NCBI GenBank assembly: GCA_003427395.1
Contig: BFEA01000006.1
Location: 5,673,143-5,734,691, forward strand
Source of the DNA: Chara braunii
Lineage: Eukaryota > Plantae > Charophyceae
Length of the DNA: 61,549 bases
Direction: 5' to 3'
How positions within the stretch are numbered: the stretch's first letter is position 1; the number at the start of each line of letters is the position of its first letter. Positions 47,401 through 59,042 of this stretch are shown piece after piece. The translations under genes were made by a program, and so were the position numbers. A model generated the notes under the pieces. The model did no database searches. It was not told the origin of the DNA and saw only the letters and a program-made list of their open reading frames with translations.

Positions 47401-48866
47401 ATCTTGATCCTACGAGGATGATCTTCTGTTAGCACTGATAACAGGTCGGTTGTCGATTCGTCGGTTTACGATTCAACTCCAATTCACTCCTGCCACTCAA
47501 CCTAAAGACTTTAGCCTTGAGATTTGAACTGTTTTGTTGTGTTTTTACCCGGACTTTATTGAATGGTCATCCAACAAAAGTACTTAGTATTTATTTAAGA
47601 GTTGCACGAGTGAGGCTTGTATGGCTAAAGCGAGGGGTATGAGTGTGAGGAATGGTTGAAGTTGACCCCGTGTAGTGCATGGACTTCTGGTTGAATCTTT
47701 GATGTGACTGCAGGTATGGTTGTGGTTTGGACTCTGGATGTGACTGCTTGCGATTACATACATATATGGCTGAGAGGAGTCCCACAGTGACTGTGAGAAG
47801 TGGTCGTCCTATATAAATAAGCCTTATATATATATGCCTTGGGTATGTGCACGGCTTATTGAGATCGTGCGCAAGGGTTAGCCAGATTATGGCTCGAGAG
47901 AAAAAGGGAGATCCATTTTCATCCTTTGTTTTTTAGAGATTTTTTATAGTTGGACGTTATAGTCCGTGGCAGCCGTCAAAGTCAAACTCCTTGATGTTCG
48001 ACCGCCACGACAGCTTAAAAGTTGTCTACTCCACCCCTCTGCACAGGGTGCAGAAGAGGGTGTGGTCTTCAACCGCACATGGCGGTTGTCTTGCGTCGAG
48101 AGATTAACCCTCAAGGCGCATGTCAGTCGACACTTGAGTGTCGAATGCGACCCTCGTGATTAATGGGGACTGTGTGAGTATGGGTACTACATAGTACGCC
48201 ATCATTGCGACTGCTTGCGTACGCTTGCATTGTGAGTCGATATGAGTTAGCCCTGCGTCCGCGCGGTTTTATACTNAGACTCACGCGCGAAGCCTATCCG
48301 ATTTCCGCCTCGGGAAGTTATGGGTTGGCTACCGAGGGGCTAGGAGCGTTGTCGCGTTGTTTGTGTTGTGTCGTGTTGTGTGTGCGTGTGTGTGTGTTTT
48401 ATTTTTGCGTTCGTAAAGTGGTGTGTGTGTGGTGTGTGGGATGCGTCCTAGTCGACCGACGTTGAGCCGCGCTTGGGACTTCAGCCCCCCAAGATGTCGG
48501 TTCGCGTGCGGGCCCAATAAGCGTATTACCGCGCGTGCCCCCTATGCTACAGCGAACGAGAAACGCCCTCGGCTGATCCACCTGTGCGATTGCAACAGAG
48601 TAGCTTTCGTACTGTGGATTGGTAGCTCGGCGGGGATACGCCCACCGAAGGGAGGTGACAGCTCTCGTAAGGTGGAGGTAAGTTGTGCCTCGCGTAGGCC
48701 CTATCCTGTCGTAGGGGTTCGCGAGAGGTATGGCTGGTGCACTCGGCCGGAGCGGCCTATGGAAGCTCCATTTGTGTGTTCGTGGCAAGGTAAGTCCAAC
48801 TCCTGCGTGACGCGGCCGAGAGGGTCCCGCGCTGCCACTTGAGGTGCCGGACCGATGCGCCCGACA
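41424..48866 (+). mobile_element. Family-A giant solo LTR (7,443 bp)
   Basis: Starts TGTCGGCGC and ends GCGCCCGACA; TSD TCGG at 41420-41423 and 48867-48870; right 3.6 kb colinear with 4420-9224; no gag/pol inside. Confidence 0.88.
45726..46556 (+). repeat. Dispersed hairpin array, 10 units of CATTGTTTCTAAGATGAATG
   Basis: Units start at 45734, 45795, 45848, 45922, 46037, 46116, 46236, 46332, 46437 and 46531, each with its own complementary arms. Confidence 0.92.
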
Positions 48867-49199
48867 TCGGGTAGCTGAAAATTCAGGAATGGAAATTCTG
48901 AAGTGAGAGTTTTAGGCAGTCTGAAAATCCTGAATGGTCCTGAAGTGGTGAAACGTCCGAAGACCCTGAAACCCACATGTTTAGGTAGGCTGCATCCTGA
49001 AGTGGTGAAGGGGATACTCACACTACCTTCTTAGCCCGAAAAAAATGTACGTAAGTTCTATTCGAATTACCTCTGGAAATCGGGTTTTCAGAAATTGCTT
49101 TTNAAGGGGATACTCACACTACCTTCTTAGCCCGAAAAAAATGTACGTAAGTTCTATTCGAATTACCTCTGGAAATCGGGTTTTCAGAAATTGCTTTTT

Positions 49200-51275
49200 T
49201 TTCCCCGAATAGAACGTACGTTCGAATATAACGTACGTACGTTGTATTCGAATACGTATGTTTTATTCAAATTTTTCGAACTTTGAATTTTCAAAAATAA
49301 TCAAAAAAATTCGAAAAAAATAAAATGTTATACAACAATGCAATACAAACAACGTTTGCCTGAGGGTCTTATTGAAATTCAGGGGCGAGGTCCCATTAGC
49401 AGTCGGATAGGAGTGTGGCCAATCCAGTGTGACACTAAGTGGCAGNGGCCAGACAAGTTCATTACGAATTTCTGGGCTGAGAAAACAGGAAAAAGGCAAA
49501 AAAACTAAGGAAGAAACAAAGACCTCCCACCGGAAATCACAGCATTGTGCTTCCCAGCCATCAGATCACAAATGATCTGATGGTGGTGGTTGCAAAAACA
49601 GTGAACAAAGTAACCGCCACATTTTATGGAATAAACTCGACTTCTGACAGCAGTGATCCTGACACCCTCCATATACTCCGTGATTGAAGGAGGGCTCCAC
49701 CCAATGAGATAATCGCACAACAACAAGTAAAACGCTGAAAATCTTATATCCAGTGGGCTAAGGCCGACCCCAACCTCGTTTGGGGTTGGCCACACCCCCA
49801 ACCGATTGAAAAGATTCTGGCGGGAAGTTGTCTTTGCACGGACATGCCCAGTGTTAAACCACCAGTACCTGCCGGTTGTTAAGGCCCGTGGCTCAGCCTA
49901 CCGGTAGGCCGGTCGTTCCCGAGCCTCGGACTTTATTGTCGAGCCCTGGACAACCGGTAGGACATCACGGAAAACAAAAAAAACAAAAAAAAACAAAAAA
50001 AANNNNNNNNNNNNNNNNNNNNNNNNNNNNNNNNNNNNNNNNNNNNNNNNNNNNNNNNNNNNNNNNNNNNNNNNNNNNNNNNNNNNNNNNNNNNNNNNNN
50101 NNNNNNNNNNNNNNNNNNNNNNNNNNNNNNNNNNNNNNNNNNNNNNNNNNNNNNNNNNNNNNNNNNNNNNNNNNNNNNNNNNNNNNNNNNNNNNNNNNNN
50201 NNNNNNNNNNNNNNNNNNNNNNNNNNNNNNNNNNNNNNNNNNNNNNNNNNNNNNNNNNNNNNNNNNNNNNNNNNNNNNNNNNNNNNNNNNNNNNNNNNNN
50301 NNNNNNNNNNNNNNNNNNNNNNNNNNNNNNNNNNNNNNNNNNNNNNNNNNNNNNNNNNNNNNNNNNNNNNNNNNNNNNNNNNNNNNNNNNNNNNNNNNNN
50401 NNNNNNNNNNNNNNNNNNNNNNNNNNNNNNNNNNNNNNNNNNNNNNNNNNNNNNNNNNNNNNNNNNNNNNNNNNNNNNNNNNNNNNNNNNNNNNNNNNNN
50501 NNNNNNNNNNNNNNNNNNNNNNNNNNNNNNNNNNNNNNNNNNNNNNNNNNNNNNNNNNNNNNNNNNNNNNNNNNNNNNNNNNNNNNNNNNNNNNNNNNNN
50601 NNNNNNNNNNNNNNNNNNNNNNNNNNNNNNNNNNNNNNNNNNNNNNNNNNNNNNNNNNNNNNNNNNNNNNNNNTTTTCATTTTTTTATTGGCCCCATTTT
50701 TTGGGGACTGCCGGTCGCCGGTGGGTACCCCGCGCGACGCGGCGCGTTAACGGCCGCGTCGATTTCCTCAAGCAGGGAGAGGTACTGGTGGCTTAAGGAG
50801 AGGAGGAGGGGAACGAAGATCTCCTTATTTTTTCGGGTAATACATGTAAATTACTGACGGTGGGATCACGAGTAGTGCACCGCAGGATTTGGGTCACTCA
50901 ACTGCCCCACAAACTCGTTTCTATCCTATCCCGTTGCTAGTGGGACCTCGCCCCAGGAGGAAATTCGAGAAAAAAATAAAAAACGAGGATGAAAATGTGT
51001 TTTACTGATTTTTTGTTTTTTTTTCAGAATTTTGATTAAAAAAAAAAACTTCAGTAAGAAGTCTGGAAAAAAAGTATGTTGTACAACACTGCAGTGAAAC
51101 AACTTTTGCCTGAGGGTCTTGGCGAAATTCCCAACCAAATTTGAGATAAAAATAAAAACAATGGCGGTACTACAGACTTCTGAAAAGTTGTACCGTAAAA
51201 CTCGCTCTATAACGTACGTACGTTGTATTCGAATACAACGTACCCCATACGTTGTATTCGTATACAAGGTACGGA
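49200..51275. mobile_element. Probable non-autonomous DNA element with subterminal repeats (spans N gap 50003-50673)
   Basis: AACGTACGTACGTTGTATTCGAATAC at both ends; inverted pair ~49382-49412 / ~50924-50953; direct pair TTTGCCTGAGGGTCTT. Termini and TSD not resolved. Confidence 0.35.
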
Positions 51276-51409
51276 TGTGTGTGCGCTAAGTAAGCAACTC
51301 CTGTAGTTATCGGAAACACCTGTAGTTTCCGGAAGGTCTCGCGCAGTCTGGTAGCGCATCTGTGAACACCTCCATCGCAGATTGTGCTTACTGCGTTTAT
51401 TACCCGAGA

Positions 51410-51622
51410 AGGCAACTCCCAAGTACTTCTTAGCTGAATCAACCTGTGCGCTTACCGTCTATTTTAACTGGAAAGCCAACTCCACGTGCTTGGCTCAATC
51501 GACTTGAGTGTTGACCGTCTATGTTAACTGAAAAGCCACCCTGAGTGCTTGGCTGAATCAACTTGAGTGTTGACTACTTAGCGTTCATTACCTGAAAGGC
51601 AACTCCAAGTGCTTAGCTGAGA
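51410..51622 (+). repeat. ~57-bp degenerate tandem repeat (about 4 units) upstream of the hydrolase gene
   Basis: Recurring AAGCCAACTCCA.GTGCTT.GCTGAATCAAC. Confidence 0.7.
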
Positions 51623-51831
51623 CCTGAGCAATTGTGGTAATACTGTTAAGTAGCTAAATGAACACAGTTATTGCGGTTAGATGCAGGCGATGAGGTGTAG
51701 CTAAACGCATACCCACAGTAATTGCGGTTAGGTTCAGGCGATGAGATGTGAGTGCGCGCTTAAAACTGTTGTACTCAGTCGGCGGGAGTCTGAACACTTG
51801 AACGGCAGTGGACTCTGATCGAGATCCGGCC

Positions 51832-52171
51832 ATGTCGTGCTGCAAGCATCCCGGTGCAGCCTTCTGGGCATTTGGGAGGGAGGAGGGGGGCGTGGGGGCG
51901 GCGGCTTCCTCGCGTGCATCCAGGAGCGCCACCTCTAACAGTATGCTTTCGTCGGTTTTCTGGTCGCTCCTGCCGTGTATAGTGACGGGCGCACTGTTGA
52001 TGAGCTTATGCTGCGCTCCAGGTTGGGATCTCCTGCGGCCGCCGTATGCCTGTGGAACATGGAAACGGGTGAGCTCGCTCGTCGGAGGGGAAAGGCGCGT
52101 TCATGCTGTTCGCGATGCTGAAGCAGTGGGCTGTCAACAAGGCAATGACTGCGGCGGGCTGGACCGTGAGC

Positions 52172-52202
<31 letters not shown>

Positions 52203-53006
52203 CGAGGGGAATTGGCGGGAGGACGAGGGGAATTGGCGGCGGGAGTATCTGGGGGAAGAAGGGAGGAGCGGGAAACAACAACGGCGATTTTGGGATAACA
52301 AGTACGAAAGTTGGCAGCGGTTGAGAGGAGTTAAAAGAGGAAGAGGAGGAGGGGGAGGAGAAGGAGGAGGGGGAGGAGGAGGAGGAGGAGGAGGAGGAGA
52401 AGGTGGTGGCTACTCCGACCGTTTCCAGGATGTGGCTGGTTTGTCGTGGAAGGGCGTTAATACCCGCCGACCTTCTGGACAAGGGGCTGATGGAGGAAGA
52501 GTTGTCAGTGGGGAGAAATGGCATCAAGGTGAGGAGGAGGAGGAGGAGGGGGAGGGAGAAGAAGGAATCGTGCGGTCGGAAGAAGGGAAGGAAGAGAGTT
52601 CAACGAAATATCCTTATGAGCGGAATGGTCCCTTCCACGTCGGCTCCGCAACACAGATTGGTGTCGCGATGAACGACTCAACTGCAGAGTGCTTCACTCC
52701 CTTCGTGAATCTCTGCTACGTGTCAGTTGATGTTTACTACCCCATTGCAGCCAATCACTCGGGGATCTCGAGATCGAAAGGCGACCTAGCAGCGGCGCCA
52801 GGATGGAGGAGAGGAGGCGGAGGAGGAGGAGGCGGTGGAGGAGGAGGAGGGTATGAAGGAGGGTACCCTTTGGCCATCTTCTCTCCCGGGTTCGGGTTGG
52901 GCACTGATAGCTATTCCAGTTTTGGCAGTCGGCTGGCTTCCTGGGGATACGTCACGCTCCTGTGGGCGCCCACCGTCGAGAACGCCTTCTTCTATCTGTC
53001 ACACAG
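51832..53006 (+). CDS. First coding exon of a chlorophyllase-like alpha/beta hydrolase
   Basis: YERNGPFHV...VDVYYP...YPLAIFSPGFGLGTDSYSSFGSRLASWGYV resembles the N-terminal part of chlorophyllase/PET-hydrolase-like enzymes. A hydrophobic N-terminal segment and poly-G/poly-E inserts are present. The exon ends at the donor CAG|GTGAGT (53006/53007). The GxSxG exon was not found in the window. Confidence 0.75.
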
Positions 53007-53014
53007 GTGAGTGG

Positions 53015-53063
<49 letters not shown>

Positions 53064-53334
53064 CTAATGGGTAATGGCTTTGAGGCATCATCATCGAGCT
53101 GACCGGCGCTAGGTAACTCAGAGGGAATGTAGTCTTTTGCTCATCTGCTTCCACAGCAGTTCGAACTCAGGTAGGTCTGTATTTCAACAGTTCAGGTCAG
53201 GGGTGTTTGTACCAACTGAGCTAAGCCAGTTGGTGGTGAGGGGTCCGATCGGGTCGCGGCTTTTTTCGTCTCTTTTCTTTTTGAGAATTTCTTGTGCTGG
53301 CCCCGAATAAATCGCACCCTTAGTCTCAAGGAAT

Positions 53335-53890
53335 GAATACAAGTGATCTTTCCAGTCCGATGCAGCCACGGTGTGGGTGCGTTATTTTGGGGGCAAGACG
53401 GTGGGGGGTTGCGACCGTCTTCCCCCGAACAGAAAACGTACCCTCATCGTCAATGCATACAATTGATCTCTCCAGTCAGATACAGTCAAGATGAGGGTGC
53501 GGGGTTGCCACCGTTTTGCCCCGCACACAACGTACCGTTGGCGTCCATGCATACAAGCGATCTTTCCAGTCAGATACAGTCAAGGTGAGGGTGCGGAGTG
53601 TTCGGGGGAACACGGTTGGGGTTTGCTGCCGTCTTCCCCGGAACAGAACGTGCAGCCCTCATCGTCAATGTATACAAGCGATCTTTCCAGTCCGATGCAG
53701 TCAAGATGAGGGTGCTTTGTTTTCGGGGTAAGACGGTAGAGTCTATCGAATGCATTTATCCGTTGCAGCAAAAGGCCAGAGGAGCGATCATTCAATCAGA
53801 AGGAAACGTTTCCACCGAAGTCCCCGAGCACGACGTGCCCTCGTCGTCAATACAAGCGATCTTTCCAGTCCAATACGTTCAAGATGATTG
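53335..53890 (+). repeat. ~95-125-bp tandem repeat (5 units), probably intronic
   Basis: Recurring TACAAGCGATCTTTCCAGTC.GAT.CAGTCAAGATGAGGGTGC. Confidence 0.85.
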
Positions 53891-54094
53891 AACTGTACGA
53901 ATTGTGTACGATCAATCAATCGAGCAATCAATCAATCGAGCTATCGATCAATCGATCGACTCATCGGTTGATTGATTGATGACGGGAGACCTCGAAGCGT
54001 CGAGAACGCAGTATCATCGAGGGTTGGCAGGTCTGAGTGCAGTTTTCTGTTTGCGATTGTGTATCACAGTATAGTCTAATCTGATCGCAGTACT

Positions 54095-54159
54095 TGCTTT
54101 CCGGATCGTCTCGGCACTGTACCCTTTATGCTGTTAACTGAATCAGTTACACGCGCTCG

Positions 54160-54241
<82 letters not shown>

Positions 54242-54335
54242 ACTTCTTTCTTTCTGGATCGTCTTGGCATTGTATCCTTAATGCTGTTAACTGAATCAGT
54301 TACGCGCGCGGGCGTGTGTGCGTGTGTGTGCGTGT

Positions 54336-54396
<61 letters not shown>
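54095..54396 (+). repeat. Duplicated unit carrying (GT)n(GA)n microsatellites
   Basis: GGATCGTCT.GGCA.TGTA.C.TT.ATGCTGTTAACTGAATCAGTTAC occurs twice, each followed by GT/GA runs. Confidence 0.9.
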
Positions 54397-55369
54397 NNNN
54401 NNNNNNNNNNNNNNNNNNNNNNNNNNNNNNNTGCAATATTTGGACAACACGTGGGAGGTTTTACTATCACAGCAAACACGTCCTGTCCATGATGGGACTA
54501 TTTCAGCATTGTCAATTATGAACTCTTGGTGTGTTCTTATTTGGTGAAACTCGTGATGCAATTCTGCTGTTGGTTCGAAGTCACCACTATCTGGACTCAT
54601 ATGTATGATGCTGTTTGATTGCTGAAGTTCGCTATTGCTCATCTTCCTTGCATAAGGTTATATGTGCGCACTAACAAGGATTTACATGACAACATGGACT
54701 ACTGATATCGAGTGCAGCGACGGATGAAGGGGAGATCTGCAAGGGAGAGGGGTTGAGAGGACGAAGTATTTGGACCAATAGGGTATAAATATATGATGAT
54801 AATGGCTGTGAAGATTACCTAAGCAGTGAGGTAGAACGGTAATCTAGAACGGTAATCGCGACTGGTTTAGTCGAGTGAGAGAGAACCCTCGCTTAAGAGA
54901 GCACTATAGCCTTGACGGAACGGCAAGGAGCGAGAGGCACGGGCCAAAGAACAGCGACGTGCCAGCTGGAGCAAGAGGGGAGTGTGGAGCAGGAGAAGAG
55001 AATCAAGCAGGAGGCAAGCAAGGGAAGGGGTAAGGAAAGGGAGGGGCAAGATTGGTCCCTCACTTTCCCTCTCTCACCCTTTCTCCTAACCCTCATCATC
55101 TCTTCTCTCTCTTCTCTCTCTCTTCTCTCTTTCCCTCCTCCTTTCAACCGCCTCTGTGGGCTAAGTACGTGCCGTATTTGATCTGTGCGCACTATGCATG
55201 AGCTCTGTTGATTGGTCATAAATCATGCGCTCTCCCGCTGTATCTGAGGGTTGACCTTGAACTGAACACTGGAGAACATTGCACCTGATGACTGGCTATG
55301 AGCCCTGCACTCAAGTGCTGTATTTGAGAGTTGGATTCTGAGATGAGCGTCAGCAAGCAATCAAATTGA

Positions 55370-55750
55370 GTCGGCTGTGCCGAGAGGCACTTGAACTGAG
55401 CATGCCGCTTTATAGTCTGCAGATCGACTGTGCCGAGAGGCACTTGAAATGAGCATGCCGATTTATAGTCCGCTGGTCGACTGTGCCAAGAGGCACTTGA
55501 ACTGAGCATGCCGATTTATAGTTTGCTGATCGACTGTGCCAAGAGGCACTTGAACTGATCATGCCGCTTTATAGTCTGCTGATCGGTTGTGCCGAGAGGC
55601 ACTTAAACTGAGCATGCCGATTTATAGTCTGCTGATTGGCTGTGCCGAGAGGCACTTGAACTGAGTATGTCGCTTTATAGTCCGTTGATTGATTATGCCA
55701 AATTATAGTCCGCTGATTGACTGTGCCAAGAGGCACTCGAACTGAATATG
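55370..55750 (+). repeat. 52-bp minisatellite
   Basis: TGTGCCGAGAGGCACTTGAACTGAGCATGCCGATTTATAGTCTGCTGATCGAC, about 7 units. Confidence 0.9.
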
Positions 55751-56219
55751 TCAATTGTGGGCACCCAGTGCTTCTGCGAGTGTGCGCATTCGGATGCGAC
55801 ACTGCGCAAATAATGACTTTTAAGTGCGGTTTTGAATAATAGATCCGTAGAGTTCTGCCAAAGTGACCCTGAGGGACTGCAACTGTGCGCACTTAAATTG
55901 CGACATTGCGCGTCCGACCAACAAATTGCGCCTGAACGATCTCAAGGAAATGCGACTGTGCGCAGTTCACTTCAAGTGTGACGCTGCGCTTTCTGAATAG
56001 GGATGGTGATTTTGAGACTGTACTTGCCGCTTTTTGGATTGTGCTTGCTCAGCCACTTCGAGTAACAAGTCGATTTTGAGCACAATCTCACCGAGTACCA
56101 AGCTGATTTTGAGACCACTTGTGCAGTCATTTTGTTTGCGAAGTCACACCAGGTCGATTGCGCAGTTACACTGAGCATTTCGTTGAGGGCCACGTCCGAG
56201 TTGGCAACTGCGCATATCG

Positions 56220-57015
56220 CACTTGAGGGCCATATCAGGGCCATATCTGAACAGTGCGCCGTTCGCACCATGCTGTGCGCTGTTCACACCATACTTGAGG
56301 GCCATATCAAGGCCATATCTGAACAGTGCGCCGTTCGCACCATGCTTGAGGGCCACATCTGAGTATTTCGCAGCTGGTCACTGTGAGCGGTGTGTGTCGT
56401 ACTCAAGGGCCATATTTGAGTATTTTGCAATAGTGCGCAGAGAGCGCACCGTACCTAAGAACCATATCTGAGTATTTCCGCAACTGTGCAGAGAACGCAC
56501 CATACCATTTTTTGATTAATGTGCTATTCGCAAGGGCCATTTCTTAGCATTGTGTTATTCATCAGGGCCATTTCTGAGCATTGTGCTATTCGTCAAGGCC
56601 ATTTCTAAGCATTGTGCTATTCGTCAGGGTCATTCGTCAGGGCCACTTCTGAGCATTGTGCTACTCGTCAGGGCCATTTCTGAGCATTGTGCTATTCGCA
56701 GGACCATTTCTGAGCATTGTGCTATTTATCAGGGCTATTTCTGAGCATTGTGCTATTCGCCAGGGCCATTTCTGAGCATTGTGCTATTCGCCAGCGCTGT
56801 TCATTTCTGAACAGTGCTATTCGCAAAAAGCCATTTCTGAACAGTGCTATTCGGTGGTATTTGCAAGAGCCATTTTTTTTGGACAGTGCTATTCGCAAGT
56901 GCTATTTCTGAACAATGCCATTTTCGCAAGAGCCATTTCTGAATAGTGCTATTTCTGAACAGTGCCATCATCGCAAGAGCCTTTTCTGAGCATTGGGCCA
57001 TTAGCAAGGGACATT
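56220..57015 (+). repeat. Minisatellite, ~31-bp unit GGGCCATTTCTGAGCATTGTGCTATTCGTCA and variants
   Basis: Visible tandem units. Confidence 0.9.
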
Positions 57016-57295
57016 TCATAATATTTTGCTATTCTCAACTGTGCGCAGTCGCGTACCGTGCCTGAGAAACATCTCTGCTGTTCGCGGCTATGTGTGTGTT
57101 GTTGTGCACCGTGACTGAAGAGCACTGGTGTCCATTTCGACTGGGTATTTAGTCTGCACATACTCTGTTGACCAGCTGTCATTTGATGACGATAGTAGTC
57201 TGGCCCTAAGAAAAAGCCAAGTTTGGCGAGCAGTACCCTGTCGCAAACAATTGTATATTAGTCCCAACCAAAGATTGAATTTTGATTATAATTTT

Positions 57296-58135
57296 CAGTG
57301 CGCGCCCGCGCGCGCCCAGACCTATTATTGTTTTTAAGTACGCGCTCGCGCGCGCCCAGATCAGATAATTATTTTCAGTGCGCGCCCGCACGCGCCCAGA
57401 CCAGACCATGCGCGCCCAAGCTTGAGAGTGCGCACCCGTGCGCGCCCAAGCTTGGCATTGCAGTTAGAGTGCGCGCCCATGCGCACCAAAGCTTGAGAGT
57501 GCGTGCCCATGCGCACCAAAGCTTGAGAGTGCGTGCCCATGCTTGGCATTGCAGTTAGAGTGCGCGCCCATGCGCGCCCAAGCTTGAGAGTGCGCACCCA
57601 TGCGAGCCCAAGCTCGATATTGTTGTTAGAGTGCGCGCCCATGCACGCCCAAGCTTGGCATTGCAATTAGAGTGCGCGCCCATGTGCGCCCAAGCTTGAG
57701 AGCGCGCGCCCATGCGCGCCCAAGCTTGAGAGCGCACCCATGCACGCCCAAGCTCGATATTGCTGGTAGGGTGCGCGCCCATGCGCGCCCAAGCTTGAGA
57801 GTGCACGCCCATGCTCGCCCACACTTGGCATTGCAGTTAGAGTGCGCGCCCATGCGCGCTCATGCGCGCCCAAGCTTGGCATTGCAGTTAGAGTGCATGC
57901 CCATGCGCGCCCAAGCTTGAGAGTGGCGCCCATGCGCGCCCAAGCTTGGCATTGCAGTTAGAGTGCGTGCCCATGTGCCCCCAGGCTGGATATAGTTATT
58001 TGAGTGTGCGCCCATGTACACTTGCGCTGGATATGTGTGCGTCCAGGCTGGATATTGCCATTTGAGTACATTTGAGTTCGCGCCTATGTGCGCCCAGGCT
58101 GGATATTGTTAATTGAGTGCACGGCCGTGTGCACC
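57296..58135 (+). repeat. GC-rich minisatellite AGAGTGCGCGCCCATGCGCGCCCAAGCTTG(GCATTGCAGTT)
   Basis: Visible tandem units; the source of several spurious ORFs. Confidence 0.9.
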
Positions 58136-58339
58136 CGAGCCTATGATTACTATGGGATGATTTGCCTTCACGCACCCGTTGATTTATTTCCTTGCTGATC
58201 AGCATCACCTCATGCACGTGATATTCTTCATCGCGCAGAGAGCATTGGCAGTTTAGTCCCTGCATAGATGACCTGGCACAGTCTAGCCCCAGTACATTCA
58301 GCATTTGTGACTGGTCCCTGTGCATGAGATGTTCTATTG

Positions 58340-59000
58340 ATCAGTTGTTGTTCAGCCGGGCCCTTCAGGCGGGCCTACTTGAGATTGTTGCTGTTCAGGC
58401 GGGCCTACTTGAGATTGTTGCTGTTCAGCCAGACCCTTCAGGCGGGCCTACTTGAGATTGTTGCTGTTCAGCCGGGCCCCTTCAGGCGGGCCCACTTTTC
58501 GAGATTGAGTTGCTGACTCAGTCAGGCCCCTTCAGGCGGGTCCACTTCTCGAGATNNNNNNNNNNNNNNNNNNNNNNNNNNNNNNNNNNNNNNNNNNNNN
58601 NNNNNNNNNNNNNNNNNNNNNNNNNNNNNNNNNNNNNNNNNNNNNNNNNNNNNNNNNNNNNNNNNNNNNNNNNNNNNNNNNNNNNNNNNNNNNNNNNNNN
58701 NNNNNNNNNNCGTTCAGCCGGACCCTTCACGCGGGCCTACTTAAGATTATTGCTGTTCAGCCGGGCCCCTTCAGGCGGGCCCACTTTTCGAGATTGAGTT
58801 GCTGATTCAGTCAGGCCCCTTCAGGCGGGTCCACTTCTCGAGATCGTCGCAGTCTTCAGCCAACCACCTTCAGGCGGGCCCTTTCTTATGAGATAGCTGT
58901 TGCTCAGCCGGGCCCATCCAGGCGGGCTCTATATTGAGTTGCTGTTCAGCCGGACCCATTCAGGCGGGCCCTATATCGAGTTGCAGTCAAGCCATTCAGA
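58340..59000 (+). repeat. ~42-bp minisatellite GTTGCTGTTCAGCCGGGCCCTTCAGGCGGGCCTACTTGAGATT (spans N gap)
   Basis: Visible tandem units. Confidence 0.9.
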
Positions 59001-59042
59001 CAGGCTTTTACATTGAGTTGTTGACTACTGTTCGGCCAGGTC

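Noticed and set aside
49008-49198. Exact 95-bp tandem duplication containing CACTAC (possible CACTA end)
   Set aside because: The copies are separated by a single N, typical of a contig-overlap artefact, and no matching GTAGTG terminus was found.
49876-50796. Long ORFs of 306 and 260 aa
   Set aside because: They consist mostly of the N gap.
57298-57933. Multiple overlapping ORFs
   Set aside because: Arise from a stop-poor GC-rich tandem repeat.
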